In this document: in pieces, positions 1 to 12,032 of the stretch
Layout of the letters: every line of letters begins with the position of its first letter
Position numbering within the stretch: the first letter of the stretch is position 1
NCBI RefSeq assembly: GCF_001194135.2
Contig: NC_069002.1
Span: forward strand, 10,770,945 to 10,834,944
Direction of reading: 5' to 3'
Origin: Octopus bimaculoides
Lineage: Eukaryota
Length of the DNA stretch: 64,000 bases
Notes under the pieces: generated by a model
Databases searched by the model: none
The model's input: the letters and a program-made list of their open reading frames with translations, nothing else
Told to the model about the DNA's origin: nothing
Program-made: the position numbers and the translations under genes

Positions 1-45
<45 letters not shown>

Positions 46-251
46 ATACAAAGAATATATATGCATGTATACACACATATGTACATACTTACATCTACAT
101 GTGTATATAGATGCATATCAGGGTACAGGACGTTAGAACAATGAACTACAGACCACGGAACGAACACATAGGAAAACAGATAGCCACTTGGAATTAATCC
201 TTCGTCAGCTGCCTCTATTCTAACTAGTCGTTTCGAAGATAAGGCAATATA

Positions 252-768
252 CAGGGTGACTGAAAAGTACCTCCCTATTTTTAAATGCTTATAAATTATT
301 TATTAATTGTAATTTTTACAAAATATGGATATAAGAGGAAAGCTTTTAGCATGAGGTTTTATTTAGAGTTTGATATGGGCTCCAGATGTCGCCACCAGCT
401 TCTTGAGTCACCCAGGAATTGCATCAACTGATTTCACAAGGAACTCATGGGAATGGAAGAAGACATGTAACTTCTCGTATTCACCCTTGAAGTTCTTCCA
501 AAGTCTTTTGTTTGCTACAGTAGATTTGTTCCATTAAACTACCCCAAAGAAAGAAGTCACAGGGTGTTAAGCCAGGACTCTCGGCTGGTCGCTCATGTGG
601 ACCATGACGACCCATCCATCTCTGGGGGAAATGGGCATTCAACCATTACAGATTACAGATTAATTATTCTCATGCTCCAAAAAACAAACAGAAACAAAAT
701 TGAGATAAAATTACAATTAATAAATAATTCATAAGAACCTTAAAATAGGGAGTTACTTTTCAACCACC

Positions 769-771
<3 letters not shown>
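252..771 (-). mobile_element. Internally deleted Tc1/mariner element (DD41D/rosa-like) retaining both ~65-bp TIRs
   Basis: The left TIR CAGGGTGACTGAAAAGTACCTCCCTATTTT...TTATTAATTGTAATTTT follows TA at 250-251. It matches the reverse complement of ~705-771 (CGGGGTGGTTGAAAAGTAACTCCCTATTTT...TTATTAATTGTAATTTT). Minus-strand frameshifted peptide FPQRWMGRHGPH.RP..SPGLTPCDFFLWG...LVKSVDAIPG at ~370-650. Confidence 0.8.
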
Positions 772-828
<57 letters not shown>

Positions 829-1056
829 ACATACATATATATATATATATATATATGTACACAATGCACATCTTTCAGTTTCCATTTACCAAATCCACTC
901 ACAAGTCTTTGGTTGGCTTGAGGCTAATGTAGAGGACACTTGTCTGAGGTGACATGTAGTGGGACTGAACCTGGAATCATGTGGTTGGGGAGCAAATTTC
1001 TTATCACACAGCCACTCCTGCATACATACATATCTATATATATATATATATATCTA

Positions 1057-1106
<50 letters not shown>

Positions 1107-1678
1107 TATATATACATATGCATATATACATACACATATATAGACAGACAGGCGAACAGAAAGATATACATACATAGATACATACACACACAGACGCAAG
1201 TATGTATGTATGTATTTATTCACTGAAGAAGGTCAAAAGTCTGGAGAATGGGTGACAGACCCTCTCTCTAGACCATTCAGCTAGAAAGGCAGTCCATGCT
1301 ACATACGCATAAATCTACAACTTATATTCATTGGTTGCAATAACCATACAGTATATATCTATATTATATAAGAGGGAGAAAGAAATATTTATTCAAAATT
1401 TCGTACTTTACAATTATTGTTTTGGTAGCAAATATTTACAACATGATCAGAAGAGAAAAGTTTCAGGAAATAACTGTCAGAAATACCATTGGGAGAGACA
1501 TTGACAAGGAATATTTATACAATAAAGAAAAACACCATAAAATTAAATAAAAAGAAATACAAAAATACAACAACCATATATATATATATATATGGACATA
1601 TATATATACATATACATATATATGTATATATATATATATATATATGCACAAACATATATATATATAAGTATATATATG

Positions 1679-1717
<39 letters not shown>

Positions 1718-1758
1718 GTATAAGTTTATACATGTATATATGTGTGTGTATATATATG

Positions 1759-1799
<41 letters not shown>

Positions 1800-2012
1800 A
1801 TTTATATATATATTTATTTATTTATGTATATAGGGACTTATAAAACAGTTTTGGAATTGGAGAAAATCATTTCGTGTTGAAGTGTTAGACACACATGCAT
1901 AGTCTTATACATACATTAAGATTCACATATGTATATATGTGCATTTATTCACACACAGATACACATGCACACATACATATGTATAAATTTATATATGTGT
2001 GTGTGTATAAGT

Positions 2013-2050
<38 letters not shown>

Positions 2051-3207
2051 GCATATATATCATTTATATCATTTCACTTAAATGAGATTTAACAATAAAT
2101 ATCAAATGGATATCAAATATTCATGTAGTGATATCCTGATATTTTCCCCCTGTTGTGCGGGAATAGAGTATTATGAAATATGCAATGATTACACATGAAA
2201 TATCAGTTGTGACAAACTTAAACTAACTCAATGGAAGCTGATGGCTATTGAAATCATAAAAGCTGATGGCTATCTATGTTGTATATATCATGTCACCAGA
2301 TAAATCAATTAGATCTAATGTATACATAGCGATATCATATCAGAGATGTCTTTATATATGAACATAAACCCATACTCAAAAATGTAAGTATATATACATT
2401 TCAGCGAAAAAAGAAAATTTTCACTTGTATACATAAATATATAGGTATGTGTGTGTGTGTGCATGTGTGTGTATTATTTTATGTGAGTGTATGTGTGTGT
2501 ATTAGTATTATGACTGCACTTAGCTATAGTGGTACCAACAAGTTGTAAGAGCTCATGATATTTATACTTCACAGTATTAGTGAGGTATATTCATGTATGT
2601 ATATTTATATATATGTTATATATATTACATATATATAATATATATATGTGTGTGTGTGTGTGTGGTATATATATATATACGTATATATATATGTTGGCGT
2701 TAGGAAAGGCATCCAGCTGTAGAAACTCTGCCAAATTAGATTGGAGCCTGGTGTTGCCATCCAGTTTCACCAGTCCTCAGTCAAATCGTCCAACCCATGC
2801 TAGCATGGAAAGCGGACGTTAAACGATGATGATGATAATATACACACACACATATATATATATAAAAGTATGTACAAATGTATGTCAGTGTGTTTGTGTG
2901 ACTCTGCTATATATATATAGCATACATATATACATACATATATATATACATATGTACATATGCATATGCTTCTATCTATGTATGAATATAAATATATGTG
3001 TATCTATGAATGAAAATATATCGAGATATCTATGTAAATACTGAAAGGAAGTAACCATTTAAAAACAATCTACTTTTGATATGATATGACCCACTCGAAA
3101 CGAAATAGAAAAACTGTATCCAAAATTTAAGTGAATCCTCTTCATTTAACAATTTACTCATGAACTTTCCATCTCCTTCCCTCTCTCTCTCAAACATTCA
3201 CCCACTG

Positions 3208-3254
<47 letters not shown>

Positions 3255-3899
3255 NNNNNNNNNNNNNNNNNNNNNNNNNNNNNNNNNNNNNNNNNNNNNN
3301 NNNNNNNNNNNNNNNNNNNNNNNNNNNNNNNNNNNNNNNNNNNNNNNNNNNNNNNNNNNNNNNNNNNNNNNNNNNNNNNNNNNNNNNNNNNNNNNNNNNN
3401 NNNNNNNNNNNNNNNNNNNNNNNNNNNNNNNNNNNNNNNNNNNNNNNNNNNNNNNNNNNNNNNNNNNNNNNNNNNNNNNNNNNNNNNNNNNNNNNNNNNN
3501 NNNNNNNNNNNNNNNNNNNNNNNNNNNNNNNNNNNNNNNNNNNNNNNNNNNNNNNNNNNNNNNNNNNNNNNNNNNNNNNNNNNNNNNNNNNNNNNNNNNN
3601 NNNNNNNNNNNNNNNNNNNNNNNNNNNNNNNNNNNNNNNNNNNNNNNNNNNNNNNNNNNNNNNNNNNNNNNNNNNNNNNNNNNNNNNNNNNNNNNNNNNN
3701 NNNNNNNNNNNNNNNNNNNNNNNNNNNNNNNNNNNNNNNNNNNNNNNNNNNNNNAGGGGCACTGGTAACGATTTCACTTGGCTTGCCGGGTCTTCTCACG
3801 CACAGCACATTTCCAAAGGTCTCGGTCAGTAGTCATATATATATATATATATTTATATATAAATAATAGATATATATATATATTTATATAGGATTTACT

Positions 3900-4165
3900 T
3901 TTCGTAATGAGATAAAAAACCAAGGCTGTGTATAATATAGAACATTTATAAATAGAAGGTCTTACAGCTGTTTCCAGAATATTTATTATATCCCTTCATC
4001 GGAGAGGGTGTGAGAGGATGGTTAAGCAATAGTTAGTTTAGTTAAGATAGGAAATATAGAGTGAATATAGAGAATATTGTATTTGTAAATCCGTTGTTTA
4101 GGCAGAATGGTATACATATAAGATTTCAATACCTTGTGAGTATTGGAATCTTATATGTAAGGTAT
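3900..4165 (-). mobile_element. Probable Penelope-like 3' terminal fragment with a relic hammerhead motif
   Basis: Minus strand reads CCGATGAAGGGATATAATAAATATTCTGGAAACAGCTGTAAGACC after a degenerate coding-like stretch. Confidence 0.4.
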
Positions 4166-4800
4166 TGGCAATAAAGCTTAGCTCAAACCATACAATTGTT
4201 CATCTTCATCTTCAACAACTTGGAAAGGTTCCTAAAGTTAGAAAATGGGTGCCTCATGAATTGTCGAAAAGCAACCGCAAATCTCGAGTTGACATCTGCT
4301 CTTCTCTACATTCTCACTCAACCACAACTGAGAAGGGAACTTCATGAGTAAAAGGTTCTTCTCTCTATCTGGTGGGATTGCAAAGGAGTAATTCACTTTA
4401 AATTGTTACCACCCAATGCAACAATCAATGCTCAAGTCTATTGTCAGCAATCAGAGCATTTGAACCAAGCTTTGAAGAAAAGAAGCGATGTTTCATCAGG
4501 ACAATGCACGACCCTTGACTGCAAAGATCACATCACAGAAGATCGAAGAGCTTGATTGAGAAAAAACTCCTCATCCACCTTATTCTCTTGATCTTGCACC
4601 TTCAGACTACCATTTGTTTCGTTGTTTACAGAATCATTTGGAGGACATAACTTTCGAAAGCCAGGAGGAGGTTGAAACTGACATTTCAGAGTTCTTCACT
4701 TTGAAACCAAAAGAGTTTTACATTGATGGGATTAAAAAGCTTGTAAATAGATGGAAGGAAGTCATAGATAATCAGGGAAAGTACATTGATGATTAAATTT
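4165..4800 (+). mobile_element. Degenerate mariner (DD34D) transposase remnant
   Basis: Motifs KWVPHELS, KVLLSIWWDCKGVI, FHQDNARP, HPPYSLDLAPSDYHLFR and RWKEVIDNQGKYIDD*, with stops, frameshifts and an internal deletion covering the first catalytic D. Confidence 0.9.
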
Positions 4801-4969
4801 CAATTAAATTTCAATTACAGAGCGATGTAACAACATGAAATGAATTGTTTTGCTCAAGAACACATTGCACTGCTTGATTCAAGAATTGAAACCACGATGC
4901 TGGTGCCACAAGTACAACACCCTAACCACTAGGCTATCGTTCTTCACAACATACCCATACATAGAGACC

Positions 4970-5469
4970 TAGGGTAAAGGGTAAAAACCCCCATCGTTGG
5001 TTATGAATGACCATGGGATTGCACCTAAAAAGTTACCCTCTGAGGCAAGGTTGTTTATGGAAAACAAGCAGTCGCCCATGCATATCAGCCTCCTATCTCC
5101 ACACCATTATATGTATATAGGGTAAAGGGTAAAGACCCCCTTCAGTAATGAATGACCATGGGATTGCACTTAGAAAGTTACCCTCCAAGGCACAAGTCCA
5201 AGCAAGGTTGTTTTAAGGATGACCAGCAGTCACACATGCATACCAGCCCTCACTTCCCCTGCCACTGATGTTATCCAAAGGAAAAGCAAAGATTGATACA
5301 GCTCTTGGCACCAGTGAATGTTGCAACTCATTTCTACAGCTGAGTGAACTGGAGCAATGTGAAATAAAGGGTCTTACTCAAAAACACAACACACAGCCCA
5401 ATCTGGGAATCTAACTCACCACCTCCTGATTGCGAGACTGACACTCTAACCATTGAGCCATGTGCCTTC
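4970..5469 (-). mobile_element. tRNA-derived SINE (family F) with a duplicated ~135-bp 3' module
   Basis: tRNA-like head at the right end; core TTGAG(T/C)AAGAC..TTTATTTCAC.TTGCTCCAGTTCACTCAGCTG; (TTTACCC)n tail. Confidence 0.85.
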
Positions 5470-7213
5470 GGAGACCTATTTAAACGTTTATTCAAGTATG
5501 CATATATGTGGTTCTGTGTAGGTGATATTTATACGATTTACTGGTCTTCGTGTTTCAGAATTTCTGTGTCTGCGTATTCATTTAAATCGTTTGAGTTTTG
5601 GTGTTTTTTGAATGTACACCTATGTGGGTGTATGTATGTATGTGTGTGTGTGTGTGTGTTGGCTGTGATTGTTGAAATGTATACCCATCTGTGTGTATGT
5701 GTGTGTGTGTGTGTGTGTATGTTTGTATGTGTGTGTGCATATATATGTATGTGTGTGTTTGCATGTGCATGTGTGTGCATGGGTGTATATCGATGTGTGT
5801 GCAAATGTATGTGAGTGTGTGTGTGTGTGTGTGTGAATGTCTGTCTCTTGAAATCAACACTGATATATGGGTGTGCATGTGTGCATGTATCTATGTGTAT
5901 GCGTGTGTATGTGTGTTTGTGCGCATGTGTGTGCAAATGTGTGTGTGTGTGTGTGCGTGTGTGAATAAGTGTATGTGAATGTGCTGTCTGTTGAAATGGT
6001 TGGATGGCAACAAATGTGTGAATTTATTAAAAGAAAATTAAATGGGGAAATCGTGTTTTTACCATTTCTGGGTTTTTGAAAAACAAACTATTTTAGGGGG
6101 TAAATAATTCAATTGATTAGATTACTATATGTTAATGGATTTGGGAAAAGGTCAGGAGATTGCTACACAGGGGAGGTCACTCAAACGTTATTACTAATTA
6201 CAGCAAAAAAATATTACTTGAAGAGGGAAGAGAAAATGTCATGTTTTGTTTGGATTCCATACAACTGCTTTTAGTATGCTGATATTGTATTTAAATAGAT
6301 ATCTCCTCTTGTGAGGGCATGAATATATTAATCTTGTTTGTTTATTCAAAGTTTTGGTTTGCTGTTTCAGGATTTGTAACCTTTTCAAGGTGAAAAGGCC
6401 ACAGAAAGCATTTGATTATGTACAAACTGGTTCTTTATCTAAGAGTTTTGCATTGAAGAATATGGGCATATCATTTCTGAAAGACCAAACACAGTGTCCA
6501 ATTTTTGCAAAGTTTTAAATGTATAATTATGTTGGTAGAGTCTACTTTTAAATTCATTTGCAATTATTCTGAGACGATCATGATCATCATTTAATGTCCG
6601 TTTTCCATGCTGGTATGGGTTGCTATGGTTTGAGAAGGATCTGATGAGCTGTGTTTGGCCTCAGTGTCAGTTTTGGTATGGTTTCTATAGCTGGAAGCCC
6701 TTCATAACACCAGCCACATTACAGGGAATACTGAATGCCTTCTCTTTCATGCTATCAACACATGTAACTTAGACAGGAAAGGAAAAGGAAAAAGCCCCCT
6801 TGACAAAAAGGAGGTGCGGGTGGGTATTCGAAAGGGGGAGATGGCTTTGTGCCAGGCTAAAGTACACCTGCGACGTGCAGGTGCACAGTGGATTGAAACG
6901 ATTGTAGTGAATAAAGTGTCTCATCATGAATTTTCCTTTCTTCCTCTCGTATTTATATGTGTGTGTGTATATATAATTACATTTTTATATTGTAAGTTTG
7001 GTTTGATACCGTATATGAATTTTGATAAAGGAATTTGGCCAATGAAATTTATTCAGATTCTGATAAAAGGTAATGGGACCTTTTCTTCATTGATTTGTTT
7101 TGGGACAATGCTAAATAGGGCAGGGCCTGCTGAGGAAAAGAAATTGTATTGCAGTGTATTTATGTGTTGTGATTTTGAATCATATAGGGGACATATGGCA
7201 TATGGTCCTAGCT

Positions 7214-7312
<99 letters not shown>

Positions 7313-8146
7313 NNNNNNNNNNNNNNNNNNNNNNNNNNNNNNNNNNNNNNNNNNNNNNNNNNNNNNNNNNNNNNNNNNNNNNNNNNNNNNNNNNNNNNNN
7401 NNNNNNNNNNNNNNNNNNNNNNNNNNNNNNNNNNNNNNNNNNNNNNNNNNNNNNNNNNNNNNNNNNNNNNNNNNNNNNNNNNNNNNNNNNNNNNNNNNNN
7501 NNNNNNNNNNNNNNNNNNNNNNNNNNNNNNNNNNNNNNNNNNNNNNNNNNNNNNNNNNNNNNNNNNNNNNNNNNNNNNNNNNNNNNNNNNNNNNNNNNNN
7601 NNNNNNNNNNNNNNNNNNNNNNNNNNNNNNNNNNNNNNNNNNNNNNNNNNNNNNNNNNNNNNNNNNNNNNNNNNNNNNNNNNNNNNNNNNNNNNNNNNNN
7701 NNNNNNNNNNNNNNNNNNNNNNNNNNNNNNNNNNNNNNNNNNNNNNNNNNNNNNNNNNNNNNNNNNNNNNNNNNNNNNNNNNNNNNNNNNNNNNNNNNNN
7801 NNNNNNNNNNNNNNNNNNNNNNNNNNNNNNNNNNNNNNNNNNNNNNNNNNNNNNNNNNNNNNNNNNNNNNNNNNNNNNNNNNNNNNNNNNNNNNNNNNNN
7901 NNNNNNNNNNNNNNNNNNNNNNNNNNNNNNNNNNNNNNNNNNNNNNNNNNNNNNNNNNNNNNNNNNNNNNNNNNNNNNNNNNNNNNNNNNNNNNNNNNNN
8001 NNNNNNNNNNNNNNNNNNNNNNNNNNNNNNNNNNNNNNNNNNNNNNNNNNNNNNNNNNNNNNNNNNNNNNNNNNNNNNNNNNNNNNNNNNNNNNNNNNNN
8101 NNNNNNNNNNNNNNNNNNNNNNNNNNNNNNNNNNNNNNNNNNNNNN

Positions 8147-8227
<81 letters not shown>

Positions 8228-8535
8228 CAGGCATTCAGAAAGACAGACAAGGGCTGGGAAGATTGATGGGGGTGTTAGCATAGTTAATGTATTCCTGTTA
8301 TCTGTCTGGTCAAATAGAAATAGTTATTAGTTCTGTGATGAATAAAGTTCAGTTGTAGACTACCAGGCCATGCAGACAAAATAGACACACATGCATTCAC
8401 ACACACACACACACACACTCCCACCATGCACTTGATATTCAATTGTTTTATCATCAATAAAAAGAAATAATAATTTCCATATTTAGAATATACTATGACA
8501 TTTTTCACAGATAGAAATGAATTTTGCCATGATTG

Positions 8536-8571
<36 letters not shown>

Positions 8572-9359
8572 TACAGGCATATATATACTTGTACATATGT
8601 GTATATCCATACACATATAGATGCATATGTATGTGTGTGTTTATATATATATATATANNNNNNNNNNNNNNNNNNNNNNNNNNNNNNNNNNNNNNNNNNN
8701 NNNNNNNNNNNNNNNNNNNNNNNNNNNNNNNNNNNNNNNNNNNNNNNNNNNNNNNNNNNNNNNNNNNNNNNNNNNNNNNNNNNNNNNNNNNNNNNNNNNN
8801 NNNNNNNNNNNNNNNNNNNNNNNNNNNNNNNNNNNNNNNNNNNNNNNNNNNNNNNNNNNNNNNNNNNNNNNNNNNNNNNNNNNNNNNNNNNNNNNNNNNN
8901 NNNNNNNNNNNNNNNNNNNNNNNNNNNNNNNNNNNNNNNNNNNNNNNNNNNNNNNNNNNNNNNNNNNNNNNNNNNNNNNNNNNNNNNNNNNNNNNNNNNN
9001 NNNNNNNNNNNNNNNNNNNNNNNNNNNNNNNNNNNNNNNNNNNNNNNNNNNNNNNNNNNNNNNNNNNNNNNNNNNNNNNNNNNNNNNNNNNNNNNNNNNN
9101 NNNNNNNNNNNNNNNNNNNNNNNNNNNNNNNNNNNNNNNNNNNNNNNNNNNNNNNNNNNNNNNNNNNNNNNNNNNNNNNNNNNNNNNNNNNNNNNNNNNN
9201 NNNNNNNNNNNNNNNNNNNNNNNNNNNNNNNNNNNNNNNNNNNNNNNNNNNNNNNNNNNNNNNNNNNNNNNNNNNNNNNNNNNNNNNNNNNNNNNNNNNN
9301 NNNNNNNNNNNNNNNNNNNNNNNNNNNNNNNNNNNNNNNNNNNNNNNNNNNNNNNNNTA

Positions 9360-10122
9360 TGATCCCTAGAGCATGTGCCAGTGGGGGACGTGTTCCCTTG
9401 GAAGGTTCAAGCTTTCTGGTTTGGTCGAAGAGGAGGAGTCAGACTAAAGTATACACATCGGCCCTCCAGATTCGGGGGTTGTGCTATAGGCTAAAGCCCT
9501 ATACACGTAAAAAATAAAACACTTGTCACAGAAACCAACAACAGTTCATTTAATACTAATTCAGTTCTTGGGAGAACCAGGGTTCCGATCTGGAGACTGA
9601 TGACACGCTGTAGCCAAACCAGTCAGGAAGCTACAGGGCCAAGGACAACCTTGAAGGGCGGTCCAAAGCTGTTCTCACAGAAGAAGTCCATACTTCTTGG
9701 AACCTGGACTGTGAGAACGCTCCAAGAGACAGAGAGGCGCACACAAGCGGTGTTGGTGAGCTGCAAAAGGGAAAGCACTCACAAGGTGGCCAGAAGAAGT
9801 GCTTTAAGGACACACTGAAAGCCTTCAACATCGACCATGCAACTTGGGAGCAGTCTGCTCTAGACAGAGAAAGATGGTGATCAGCTGTCCACAAAGAGTT
9901 CCAACACATGCGAGACCAATAGGATTGCTGCTCCAGAAGACTGCAGACAAACCAGTAAGAACAGAGCTAACAACCCTGTAGCAGGCATTACCATTCCCTG
10001 TCCACACTGTCAAAGACTTTTTGGGAACAGATTGGCCTCACTAGCTATCTGCGGACTCACAAAAAAAGCCCACCCCCACCCCAGGATGACTAGATGGTCT
10101 TCGTTGCATTGACGGACAAACT
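9360..10122 (+). mobile_element. RTE/BovB-like LINE derivative: 5' UTR plus ORF start joined directly to the 3' end
   Basis: RTE-type 5' UTR motif CCCTCCAGATTCGGGGGTTG...CACGTAAAAAA. Endonuclease start LGTWTVRTL...ERRT at ~9696-9745. From 9755: GELQKGKHSQGGQKKCFKDTLKAFNIDHATWEQSALDRERW and a terminal PCPHCQRLF..QIGLTSYLRTH finger. Confidence 0.8.
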
Positions 10123-10174
10123 ACACCTCATGCTACTCGGCATCTCAAGTCGTAGACAATACTATTATAGGAAG

Positions 10175-10340
10175 AAATTCTTTCGACAACAGCAGCGCTA
10201 CTCCAGCTTCATGATGGTCCTTTTCATTGTTTTTATCCGAGTAAAAAAGTGTTTCGCCTGTTTCTAATTTGATCTCTCCGAAGGAGTTCCACCTCAACTA
10301 GTGCCTTCTTTGATAGCCAGACACCTGGTGGAGAGCTTAC
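10175..10340 (-). mobile_element. RTE-type APE endonuclease fragment
   Basis: Minus-strand peptide GEIKLETGETLFYSDKNNEKDHHEAGVALLLSKE. Confidence 0.65.
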
Positions 10341-10399
10341 CATGAGCTCTGTTTGGTTATTTGAATACCAATTCTTGTTGTATACATAACATCTGTATA

Positions 10400-10860
10400 C
10401 AAATCTATAACAAATAGCTTTGTTGGAAATATTTTAGTTAGAATTTGACACTTTTCAGCTAATGACAGAAATTTTAATGATAAAACTGCTTCTTATCAAG
10501 ACGCTTCAAGGCAAAGTGATTATGATGAGAAAATAAAATATATCTGTAATACTAAGCTTAAAAAATGATACTTAACCAGATTAACATTCCAAAGTATTAT
10601 TATTACAACTTCTGTTATAACTTCTAATCATAAAATTTAAAATTCTAACGATACAAACAAGTTGTCTACCTCAATAATTAACAATAGGTAATTTAATAAT
10701 TACAATTTTCCAAGTAAATTGTTTAATAATGCATTTTCCAATAATCTCAATAAAATTGTACCTGAGAAATTGAATGATCCAATTAGCAAATCACTTATTT
10801 GTAAATTAAAGTTTCTGTTGATTAATATCACAAATGTAACTAATAATTCTGAATAAAACA
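10400..10860 (+). mobile_element. Degraded Penelope-like (Neptune-type) post-RT fragment
   Basis: Frameshifted peptide RI.TLSAND..FNDKTASYQDASRQSDYDEKIKYI resembles the PLE RISxLSSNEEIF...YxxALxxSGYxExIxY region. Confidence 0.5.
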
Positions 10861-11086
10861 CAACTAATCAATAAAAAATAATTTGTTCTAATTTAAGTTC
10901 AAGGTTAGCAATTTTGAGGAAAAAGGGACAAATCGATTACATGAACCCCATTAGTTGGCTAGTACTTTATTTTATTGGTCCCCAAATGAATGAAAGGTAA
11001 AGTTCACCTTGGTTGGATTTCAGCTCAGAATGAAGAGAGCATTTTGTGAGAGGTACTAAGGATCTTGCCAATTTGCCACCTTAATC

Positions 11087-11114
<28 letters not shown>

Positions 11115-11127
<13 letters not shown>

Positions 11128-11285
11128 TAACAACAACATTGAAAAATACCTTAGGAATGAGAACCCAAGTTCAAAATTTCTCCAAGACACCTGATGAAGG
11201 CTGGAGGGTACATCAGCTGAAACGTTGTGTTAACAACAAACAAGATGAGGACAAATATCCACCAAGTGTAAATAATGTAAATATA
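11115..11285 (+). mobile_element. Short Penelope-related repeat carrying a hammerhead-ribozyme motif
   Basis: It follows an (AAT)n tract and contains GACAC-CTGATGA-A-GGCTG...CAGCT-GAAACGTT-GTGTT. Confidence 0.6.
11186..11231 (+). ncRNA. Candidate minimal type I hammerhead ribozyme
   Basis: Stem I GACAC(11186-90)/GTGTT(11227-31); core CTGATGA (11191-97); stem II GGCTG/CAGCT; GAAA (11219-22); palindromic ACGT stem III; GUU cleavage triplet. Confidence 0.55.
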
Positions 11286-11363
11286 GAACTGTATTAATCG
11301 TGGGGTTTACACATAATGAAATGATAAAAAAAAAAAATGAAAGAAAGAGAGAAACTAAGTATA

Positions 11364-12032
11364 CACTGAAAAAGAAGGGATCTATTCTATGCATTACATA
11401 CAAAGGATCCCATGTGTTCCAAAATATTGGTGCAGGCAGAAGGAATGGCATCACAGTGCAGCACTACATTGACCAGATCCTAAGACCTCACATCATGCCC
11501 TTCTTTGCACACCACTATAGCCATGTGTTCCAGCAAGACAATGCTCCCTTCCACATGGCCAGAGTCACCATGGACTTCCTCCGTCAGCACAACATCAGAA
11601 CCACGCTGTGGCCGGCTCTCAGACCAGATTTGAACCCAACTGAACACCTGTGGGATGAAATCCAAAGACGGCTGAACCAGGTGGTCCCAAGGCCGACAAC
11701 TCATGTAAAACTGGAGGCAGCTTTTCTCAGGGTGTGGGCACAGGTGCCAATGGCTTTGTGAACCACCTCATGCACTCCAGGTAGTGACGGTGTATGGCCA
11801 TTTTGAACACCCAGGAAGGGCATACACGATATTGAACATGTCACGTCCTACAATTTCGATGTGCTGGATCCATGCACTACCAGAACACATGACAACAACC
11901 CATAGACTGTGGTCAAAGAACATCCAAGAAATTGACTTTATCAGATTTATTAGAATTTATCTGACAGAATGAAATTACCACATATTTCACAGTCACACAT
12001 GTCTCGCGTTTTTTTTTTTGCGGTTCAGTGTA
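11364..12032 (+). mobile_element. Degenerate Tc1-like (DD34E) transposon remnant
   Basis: Peptide YIDQILRP...VFQQDNAPFH...WPALRPDLNPTEHLWDEI. The right end is ...GGTTCAGTG-TA (12032). A short matching TA-CACTGAA at 11364 may be the left terminus (weak). Confidence 0.85.

Noticed and set aside
1220-1298. CTGAAGA...GAAAGGCAGTC hammerhead-like arrangement
   Set aside because: Stems I and III do not pair in this copy; at best it is a decayed relic.
4970-4986. (AGGGTAA)n as an interstitial telomere repeat
   Set aside because: It does not match TTAGGG and recurs as the tail of SINE family F.
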